DNA of 64,000 nt, taken from assembly GCA_016389475.1 (NCBI GenBank), contig GCA_016389475.1_3042.1; one strand, given 5' to 3'. The notes under the pieces are model-generated. The model made no database searches. It saw only the letters and a program-made list of their open reading frames with translations, and had not been told where the DNA came from. Shown in pieces: positions 55,644-64,000 of this stretch. This DNA comes from a phage. The position numbers were made by a program, and so were the translations under genes. Within the stretch, counting starts at the first letter, position 1; every line of letters starts with the position of its first letter.

Positions 55644-57623
55644 ATGACTTTATTATCTCCGGGCATTGAGCTCAAAGAAACTACGGTTCAAAGCACCGTG
55701 GTTAATAACTCTACTGGTACAGCAGCTTTGGCCGGTAAATTCCAGTGGGGTCCTGCTTTTCAGATTAAACAGGTTACAAATGAAGTAGATTTAGTTAATA
55801 CTTTTGGTCAACCAACCGCTGAAACTGCTGACTATTTTATGTCTGCGATGAATTTCTTGCAGTACGGAAATGACTTACGAGTAGTTCGTGCTGTTGATAG
55901 AGATACCGCTAAAAACTCATCGCCAATTGCTGGTAATATTGAATACACAATTTCTACCCCAGGTAGTAACTATGCAGTTGGAGATAAAATCACGGTCAAA
56001 TATGTTTCAGATGATATTGAAACTGAAGGTAAAATTACTGAAGTAGACGCAGATGGAAAAATTAAGAAAATTAATATTCCTACTGCAAAAATTATCGCTA
56101 AAGCTAAAGAAGTTGGCGAATACCCAACATTAGGTTCTAATTGGACTGCAGAAATTTCTTCATCTTCTTCCGGTTTAGCTGCAGTAATAACTCTTGGAAA
56201 AATTATTACTGATTCCGGTATTTTATTAGCTGAAATCGAGAGCGCTGAAACTGCTATGACAGCAGTTAATTTTCAGGAAAATCTTGAAAAATATGGAATT
56301 CCAGGAGTAGTAGCTCTCTATCCAGGCGAATTAGGCGATAAAATTGAAATTGAAATCGTATCTAAAGCTGACTATGCGAAAGGCGCTTCTGCATTACTCC
56401 CAATTTATCCTGGCGGTGGTACTCGCGCATCTACTGCTAAAGCAGTGTTTGGATATGGACCACAAACTGATTCACAGTACGCTATTATAGTTCGTCGTAA
56501 TGATGCTATTGTTCAAAGCGTTGTTCTTTCAACTAAGCGTGGTGAAAAAGATATTTACGATAGTAACATCTATATCGATGACTTTTTCGCAAAAGGCGGC
56601 TCAGAATATATTTTTGCAACTGCACAAAACTGGCCAGAAGGCTTCTCTGGAATTTTAACTCTGTCTGGTGGATTATCATCAAATGCTGAAGTAACAGCAG
56701 GAGATTTGATGGAAGCTTGGGACTTCTTTGCTGACCGTGAATCTGTTGACGTTCAACTGTTTATTGCGGGTTCTTGTGCCGGTGAATCTCTAGAAACAGC
56801 ATCTACTGTCCAAAAACACGTCGTTTCAATTGGGGATGCTCGCCAAGATTGCTTAGTATTGTGCTCACCACCACGTGAAACTGTAGTTGGAATTCCTGTA
56901 ACTCGTGCAGTAGATAATTTAGTTAACTGGAGAACTGCAGCAGGTTCATACACTGATAATAACTTTAATATCAGTTCAACCTATGCAGCAATCGATGGCA
57001 ACTACAAATATCAGTATGACAAATATAATGATGTGAATCGTTGGGTTCCATTAGCAGCTGATATTGCTGGTTTATGCGCGAGAACCGATAACGTTTCTCA
57101 GACTTGGATGTCTCCAGCTGGTTATAATCGTGGCCAGATTCTTAACGTTATTAAACTTGCTATTGAAACTCGCCAGGCTCAGCGCGACCGTTTATACCAA
57201 GAAGCTATCAACCCGGTAACTGGTACAGGTGGTGATGGTTACGTATTGTATGGTGATAAAACAGCTACTTCTGTTCCTTCTCCATTTGATCGTATTAACG
57301 TTCGTCGTCTGTTTAATATGTTGAAAACGAATATCGGACGTAGTTCAAAATATCGTTTGTTCGAATTAAACAATGCGTTTACTCGTTCATCATTCCGCAC
57401 GGAAACTGCCCAGTACTTACAGGGAATTAAAGCTCTCGGTGGAATTTATGAATATCGTGTAGTTTGCGATACAACAAATAACACTCCGTCAGTAATTGAT
57501 AGAAATGAGTTTGTTGCAACATTCTACATCCAACCGGCTAGAAGCATTAACTACATTACCTTAAACTTCGTAGCAACTGCTACCGGTGCAGATTTCGATG
57601 AGTTAACTGGTCTTGCAGGTTAA
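55644..57623 (+). CDS. 18: tail sheath protein gp18
   Basis: 659 aa as in T4. Confidence 0.95.
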   Translation: MTLLSPGIELKETTVQSTVVNNSTGTAALAGKFQWGPAFQIKQVTNEVDLVNTFGQPTAETADYFMSAMNFLQYGNDLRVVRAVDRDTAKNSSPIAGNIEYTISTPGSNYAVGDKITVKYVSDDIETEGKITEVDADGKIKKINIPTAKIIAKAKEVGEYPTLGSNWTAEISSSSSGLAAVITLGKIITDSGILLAEIESAETAMTAVNFQENLEKYGIPGVVALYPGELGDKIEIEIVSKADYAKGASALLPIYPGGGTRASTAKAVFGYGPQTDSQYAIIVRRNDAIVQSVVLSTKRGEKDIYDSNIYIDDFFAKGGSEYIFATAQNWPEGFSGILTLSGGLSSNAEVTAGDLMEAWDFFADRESVDVQLFIAGSCAGESLETASTVQKHVVSIGDARQDCLVLCSPPRETVVGIPVTRAVDNLVNWRTAAGSYTDNNFNISSTYAAIDGNYKYQYDKYNDVNRWVPLAADIAGLCARTDNVSQTWMSPAGYNRGQILNVIKLAIETRQAQRDRLYQEAINPVTGTGGDGYVLYGDKTATSVPSPFDRINVRRLFNMLKTNIGRSSKYRLFELNNAFTRSSFRTETAQYLQGIKALGGIYEYRVVCDTTNNTPSVIDRNEFVATFYIQPARSINYITLNFVATATGADFDELTGLAG

Positions 57624-57717
57624 TACGGTGCATTCTAAAGGCCTGTTTCGGCAGGCCATATAAATACACTATATCCTTAATTCTTTAATTCTATATGCCC
57701 TAGGTTAAACATAGGGA

Positions 57718-57725
57718 TATAAATA
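57718..57725 (+). promoter_or_regulatory. late promoter TATAAATA for gene 19 (second copy at 57659..57666)
   Basis: Two exact TATAAATA motifs in the 18-19 intergenic region; the proximal one is 14 nt before the ATG. Confidence 0.6.
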
Positions 57726-57739
57726 CTACAGAGGCTAAT

Positions 57740-58231
57740 ATGTTTGTAGATGATGTAACACGAGCGTTTGAATCTGGTGATTTTGCTCGACCTAACTTAT
57801 TCCAAGTAGAAATTTCTTATCTTGGACAAAATTTTACGTTCCAATGTAAAGCCACTGCTTTACCAGCTGGTATTGTAGAAAAAATTCCAGTCGGATTTAT
57901 GAACCGTAAAATTAATGTGGCAGGCGATCGTACATTCGATGACTGGACTGTTACAGTAATGAACGATGAAGCTCATGATGCTCGCCAGAAGTTTGTTGAT
58001 TGGCAAAGCATTGCCGCAGGACAAGGAAACGAAATTACTGGTGGAAAACCTGCAGAGTATAAAAAGAGCGCTATTGTTCGTCAATATGCTCGTGATGCTA
58101 AAACAGTAACAAAAGAAATTGAAATTAAAGGTCTGTGGCCTACTAACGTGGGTGAACTTCAATTAGATTGGGATTCAAACAATGAAATTCAAACCTTTGA
58201 AGTAACTCTTGCTCTCGATTATTGGGAATAA
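57740..58231 (+). CDS. 19: tail tube protein gp19
   Basis: 163 aa as in T4. Confidence 0.92.
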   Translation: MFVDDVTRAFESGDFARPNLFQVEISYLGQNFTFQCKATALPAGIVEKIPVGFMNRKINVAGDRTFDDWTVTVMNDEAHDARQKFVDWQSIAAGQGNEITGGKPAEYKKSAIVRQYARDAKTVTKEIEIKGLWPTNVGELQLDWDSNNEIQTFEVTLALDYWE

Positions 58232-58263
58232 AATGAATGGGGAGAAATCCCCATCCTGCTTAA

Positions 58264-59888
<1,625 letters not shown>

Positions 59889-59889
<1 letters not shown>

Positions 59890-60125
59890 TGGAAGGTTTA
59901 ATTGAAGCTATTAAATCAAACGACCTCGTAGCCGCTCGTAAATTATTTGCTGAAGCCATGGCTGCAAGAACGACTGATTTAATCAAAGAAGAAAAAATCA
60001 CTATCGCTCGTAATTTCTTAATCGAGGGTGAAGAACCTGATGACGAGGATGACGACGAAGATAGCGATGATGATAAAGACGACAAAAAAGACAAAGACTC
60101 TGATGAAGACGAGGATGATGAATAA
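59889..60125 (+). CDS. 67: prohead core protein gp67
   Basis: 78 aa with poly-acidic C-terminal tail ([31 protein letters not shown]). Confidence 0.85.
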
Positions 60126-60550
60126 TGATTCTAATCCCTGAAACTCATGAATTAGTTCTCGAGAATGTCGAAGCACTTATTCCTGAAGCACAGGGTCGCT
60201 TTGACGAGTTGTCTTCTGCTTTAAATAAAGACGATATAAATAAAATTATCGAGAATATGCTTGATGATGAAACTGATTTAGCGGTTGCATTAGCTTCTAT
60301 TAATGAAAATATGCCGTTAAATGAATTTATCGTTAAACATGTTTCTGCCCGTGGTGAAATTACTCGCACTAAAGATCGCAAAACCCGCGAACGTAATGCA
60401 TTTCAAACTACCGGGTTGTCTAAAGCAAAACGTAGACAAATTGCTCGTAAAGCTACCAAAACGAAGATTGCCAATCCAGCAGGTCAATCTCGTGCTCAGC
60501 GTAAGCGTAAAAAAGCTCTTAAACGCCGTAAAGCATTAGGATTAAGCTAA
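60125..60550 (+). CDS. 68: prohead core protein gp68
   Basis: 141 aa as in T4; basic C-terminus. Confidence 0.8.
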   Translation: MILIPETHELVLENVEALIPEAQGRFDELSSALNKDDINKIIENMLDDETDLAVALASINENMPLNEFIVKHVSARGEITRTKDRKTRERNAFQTTGLSKAKRRQIARKATKTKIANPAGQSRAQRKRKKALKRRKALGLS

Positions 60551-61188
60551 TGAATGAACCCCAATTGCTAATTGAAACTTGGGGTCAACCTGGCGAAATT
60601 ATTGATGGTGTGCCAATGCTTGAATCTCATGATGGAAAAGACTTAGGTTTAAAACCTGGTTTATACATCGAAGGAATATTTATGCAAGCGGAAGTCGTCA
60701 ATAGAAATAAACGTCTTTATCCAAAACGTATATTAGAAAAAGCGGTAAAAGACTATATCAATGAGCAAGTTTTAACTAAACAAGCTCTCGGAGAATTAAA
60801 TCATCCTCCACGCGCTAATGTTGACCCGATGCAAGCCGCTATCATTATAGAAGATATGTGGTGGAAAGGAAATGACGTATACGGACGAGCTCGTGTTATT
60901 GAAGGTGACCATGGTCCTGGAGATAAATTAGCAGCTAATATTCGTGCCGGATGGATTCCAGGAGTTTCTTCTCGTGGATTAGGTTCATTGACTGACACAA
61001 ATAAAGGTTATCGTATCGTAAACGAAGGATTCAAATTAACTGTAGGTGTTGATGCAGTATGGGGTCCAAGTGCTCCAGATGCATGGGTAACTCCTAAGGA
61101 AATTACAGAATCACAGACGGCGGAAGCCGATACAAGTGCCGATGACGCCTATATGGCTCTCGCAGAGGCCATGAAAAAAGCGTTATAA
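60550..61188 (+). CDS. 21: prohead protease gp21
   Basis: 212 aa as in T4. Confidence 0.9.
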   Translation: MNEPQLLIETWGQPGEIIDGVPMLESHDGKDLGLKPGLYIEGIFMQAEVVNRNKRLYPKRILEKAVKDYINEQVLTKQALGELNHPPRANVDPMQAAIIIEDMWWKGNDVYGRARVIEGDHGPGDKLAANIRAGWIPGVSSRGLGSLTDTNKGYRIVNEGFKLTVGVDAVWGPSAPDAWVTPKEITESQTAEADTSADDAYMALAEAMKKAL

Positions 61189-61191
61189 ATA
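61184..61191 (+). promoter_or_regulatory. late promoter TATAAATA for gene 22
   Basis: TATAAATA overlapping the gene 21 stop codon. Confidence 0.55.
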
Positions 61192-61218
61192 TTATTATCT
61201 AAACAACAGGACTACAAA

Positions 61219-62028
61219 ATGCTTAAAGAACAACTGATTGCCGAAGCGCAGAAAATTGATGCTTCCGTTGCTCTTGATAGTATTTTCGAATCAGTTAATA
61301 TTTCTCCGGAAGCAAAAGAAACTTTCGGCACTGTATTCGAAGCTACCGTCAAGCAGCACGCCGTTAAATTAGCTGAATCTCATATCGCTAAAATTGCTGA
61401 AAAAGCAGAAGAAGAAGTAGAAAAAAATAAAGAAGAAGCAGAAGAAAAAGCTGAGAAGAAAATCGCTGAGCAAGCTTCTAAATTCCTTGACCATCTTGCA
61501 AAAGAATGGCTCACTGAAAATAAATTAGCAGTAGATAAAGGCATCAAAGCCGAACTGTTTGAATCCATGCTTGGTGGATTGAAAGAGCTCTTCGTTGAAC
61601 ACAACGTTGTTGTTCCAGAAGAATCAGTTGATGTTGTAGCTGAAATGGAAGAAGAACTGCAAGAACACAAAGAAGAATCAGCTCGTCTGTTCGAAGAACT
61701 CAATAAGCGTGACGCATATATCAATTATGTGCAGCGTGAAGTGGCATTGAGCGAAAGTACTAAAGATCTGACTGAGTCTCAAAAAGAAAAAGTCTCTGCT
61801 CTGGTCGAAGGTATTGATTATTCAGATGCATTCTCAAGCAAATTGAGTGCCATCGTAGAAATGGTGAAGAAATCTAATAAAGATGAAAGCACTATTACTG
61901 AGAGTATAAATACTCCTGATACTGAAGCAGCCGGACTGAATTTCGTCACTGAAGCTGTAGAAGATAAATCTGCGCAAGGTGCAGAAGATATTGTAAGTGT
62001 ATATGCGAAAGTCGCATCTCGTTTCTAA
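61219..62028 (+). CDS. 22: prohead scaffold core protein gp22
   Basis: 269 aa, highly acidic coiled-coil, as in T4. Confidence 0.9.
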   Translation: MLKEQLIAEAQKIDASVALDSIFESVNISPEAKETFGTVFEATVKQHAVKLAESHIAKIAEKAEEEVEKNKEEAEEKAEKKIAEQASKFLDHLAKEWLTENKLAVDKGIKAELFESMLGGLKELFVEHNVVVPEESVDVVAEMEEELQEHKEESARLFEELNKRDAYINYVQREVALSESTKDLTESQKEKVSALVEGIDYSDAFSSKLSAIVEMVKKSNKDESTITESINTPDTEAAGLNFVTEAVEDKSAQGAEDIVSVYAKVASRF

Positions 62029-62046
62029 TTTTAAAGGTTAACACAA

Positions 62047-63666
62047 ATGACTATCAAAACTAAAGCTGAACTTTTGAACAAATGGAAGCCATTACTGGAA
62101 GGTGAAGGTTTACCGGAAATTGCTAATAGCAAACAAGCGATTATCGCTAAAATCTTTGAAAACCAGGAAAAAGATTTCCAGACAGCTCCGGAATATAAAG
62201 ACGAAAAAATTGCTCAGGCATTCGGTTCTTTCTTAACAGAAGCTGAAATCGGTGGTGACCACGGTTACAATGCTACCAACATCGCTGCAGGTCAGACTTC
62301 TGGCGCAGTAACTCAGATTGGCCCAGCTGTTATGGGTATGGTACGTCGTGCTATTCCTAACCTGATTGCTTTCGATATTTGTGGTGTTCAGCCAATGAAC
62401 AGCCCGACTGGCCAGGTATTCGCGCTGCGCGCAGTATATGGTAAAGATCCAATCGCTTCCGGCGCTAAAGAAGCATTCCACCCAATGTATGGTCCAGATG
62501 CAATGTTCTCTGGTCAGGGTGCTGCTAAGAAATTCGCTGCTTTGAAAGCAAGTGATACTCTTGAAGTCGGAACTATTTACACTCACTTCTTCCAGGACAC
62601 TGGTACTGTGTATCTGCAAGCTACAGCAGCTAAACAAATTGATTCAGGCGCATCTGACGCAGACAAATTAGATGCTGAAATTAAGAAACAAATTGATTCA
62701 GGCGCATCTGACGCAGACAAATTAGATGCTGAAATTAAGAAACAAATGGAAGCTGGTGTACTGGTAGAAATCGCTGAAGGTATGGCTACTTCTATCGCTG
62801 AACTTCAAGAAGGTTTTAACGGTTCTACCGATAACCCGTGGAATGAAATGGGCTTCCGTATCGATAAACAAGTTATCGAAGCTAAATCTCGTCAGCTGAA
62901 AGCTGCTTACTCTATTGAATTAGCACAAGACCTCCGCGCTGTTCATGGTATGGATGCTGATGCTGAACTGTCTGGTATTCTGGCTACCGAAATTATGCTG
63001 GAAATCAACCGTGAAGTTGTTGATTGGATTAACTACTCAGCACAGGTTGGTAAATCTGGTATGACCCTGACTCCGGGTTCTAAAGCTGGTGTATTTGACT
63101 TCCAGGACCCAATCGATATTCGTGGTGCTCGCTGGGCTGGTGAATCCTTTAAAGCTCTGTTGTTCCAGATTGACAAAGAAGCAGTTGAAATTGCTCGTCA
63201 GACCGGTCGTGGTGAAGGTAACTTCATTATCGCTTCCCGTAACGTAGTTAACGTTCTGGCTTCAGTTGATACCGGCATTTCTTATGCTGCACAGGGTCTG
63301 GCAACTGGCTTTAACACTGATACTACCAAGTCAGTATTTGCCGGTGTTCTGGGTGGTAAATACCGTGTATATATCGACCAGTATGCTAAACAGGATTATT
63401 TCACTGTAGGTTATAAAGGTCCGAACGAAATGGATGCTGGTATTTACTACGCTCCATATGTAGCTCTGACTCCACTGCGTGGTTCTGATCCGAAGAACTT
63501 CCAACCGGTAATGGGGTTCAAAACTCGTTACGGTATCGGTATCAACCCATTTGCAGAATCCGCTGCTCAGGCTCCGGCTTCTCGCATTCAGAGTGGTATG
63601 CCTTCTATCCTGAACAGCCTTGGTAAGAACGCTTACTTCCGCCGTGTATATGTTAAAGGTATCTAA
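62047..63666 (+). CDS. 23: major capsid protein gp23, carrying an 18-aa in-frame tandem duplication
   Basis: 539 aa; T4 gp23 is 521 aa as I recall it. The extra 18 residues equal a perfect 54-bp tandem repeat at 62635..62742 (QIDSGASDADKLDAEIKK twice). Confidence 0.95.
   Translation: MTIKTKAELLNKWKPLLEGEGLPEIANSKQAIIAKIFENQEKDFQTAPEYKDEKIAQAFGSFLTEAEIGGDHGYNATNIAAGQTSGAVTQIGPAVMGMVRRAIPNLIAFDICGVQPMNSPTGQVFALRAVYGKDPIASGAKEAFHPMYGPDAMFSGQGAAKKFAALKASDTLEVGTIYTHFFQDTGTVYLQATAAKQIDSGASDADKLDAEIKKQIDSGASDADKLDAEIKKQMEAGVLVEIAEGMATSIAELQEGFNGSTDNPWNEMGFRIDKQVIEAKSRQLKAAYSIELAQDLRAVHGMDADAELSGILATEIMLEINREVVDWINYSAQVGKSGMTLTPGSKAGVFDFQDPIDIRGARWAGESFKALLFQIDKEAVEIARQTGRGEGNFIIASRNVVNVLASVDTGISYAAQGLATGFNTDTTKSVFAGVLGGKYRVYIDQYAKQDYFTVGYKGPNEMDAGIYYAPYVALTPLRGSDPKNFQPVMGFKTRYGIGINPFAESAAQAPASRIQSGMPSILNSLGKNAYFRRVYVKGI
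62635..62742 (+). repeat. perfect 54-bp direct tandem duplication (2 copies) inside gene 23
   Basis: 62635..62688 and 62689..62742 are identical (caaattgattcaggcgcatctgacgcagacaaattagatgctgaaattaagaaa). Confidence 0.95.
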
Positions 63667-63681
63667 TCTTTGACGATTTAA

Positions 63682-63703
63682 GGGACCTTCGGGTCCCTTT
63701 AGT
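63682..63703 (+). terminator. rho-independent terminator after gene 23
   Basis: GGGACC-ttcg-GGTCCC hairpin followed by a T-rich run. Confidence 0.7.
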
Positions 63704-63714
63704 TGTTTTTATGG

Positions 63715-63722
63715 TATAAATA
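63715..63722 (+). promoter_or_regulatory. late promoter TATAAATA for gene 24
   Basis: Exact TATAAATA 28 nt before the gene 24 ATG. Confidence 0.6.
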
Positions 63723-63749
63723 AATCATATAAACTGAAAGGAAAGCGCA

Positions 63750-64000
63750 ATGGCTAAAATCAACGAACTTCTGCGCGAATCAACCACAACGAATAGCAAC
63801 TCAATCGGTCGCCCAAATCTCGTTGCTTTGACTCGCGCTACCACTAAATTAATATATTCTGACATTGTAGCAACGCAAAGAACTAATCAACCCGTTGCTG
63901 CTTTTTATGGTATCAAATACCTTAACCCAGACAACGAATTTACATTTAAAACTGGTGCTACTTATGCTGGCGAAGCTGGATATGTAGACCGAGAAAAAAT
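63750..64000 (+). CDS. 24: capsid vertex protein gp24 (5' part; runs off the window end)
   Basis: MAKINELLRESTTTNSNSIGRPNLVALTRATTKLIYSDIVATQRTNQP... recognised as the T4 gp24 N-terminus. Confidence 0.85.
   Translation, partial: MAKINELLRESTTTNSNSIGRPNLVALTRATTKLIYSDIVATQRTNQPVAAFYGIKYLNPDNEFTFKTGATYAGEAGYVDREK

Noticed and set aside
62635-62742. Possibility that the tandem repeat is a CRISPR or other repeat array
   Set aside because: Only two copies, no spacers, in-frame inside gene 23. It is a coding duplication, not an array. No CRISPR-like arrays were seen anywhere in the window.

Overview
This window is a T-even (T4-like, Tevenvirinae) phage segment with two divergent transcription blocks that meet at about 35,040-35,085. 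Positions 1-35,037 are almost entirely minus-strand early/middle genes: nrdG, nrdD, endonuclease VII (49), nrdC, a long accessory island, rI, tk, regB, a GrcA-like glycyl-radical protein, lysozyme e, nudE, internal-protein genes, an 11-tRNA cluster, 57B/Acb1-like, 57A, 1, 3, 2 and 4. Positions 35,085-64,000 are plus-strand late structural genes in T4 order: 53, 5, 5.1, 5.4, 6-12, wac, 13-22, 67, 68, 23 and the start of 24. Gene names rest on my recollection of T4 protein sequences, lengths, motifs and synteny; no database search was possible. The phage is not T4 itself, because nrdD is intron-less, the tRNA set is larger, and denV/mobD-type genes were not recognised. The most novel-looking content is the accessory island between nrdC and rI (about 5.9-16.6 kb). 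It holds a family of four or five large paralog-like proteins, a P-loop ATPase, and a promoter-to-terminator cassette encoding a Pol-beta-type nucleotidyltransferase-like protein, a membrane protein and a tandem paralog pair. Other notable observations are a perfect 54-bp in-frame tandem duplication inside gene 23, three extra tRNAs (Tyr, Asn, His), repeated early-promoter cassettes (GTTTAC-N18-TAnnAT), and an internal-protein-like gene flanked by duplicated terminator hairpins. Many ORFs under 60 aa exist that the ORF track omits; only some are listed.
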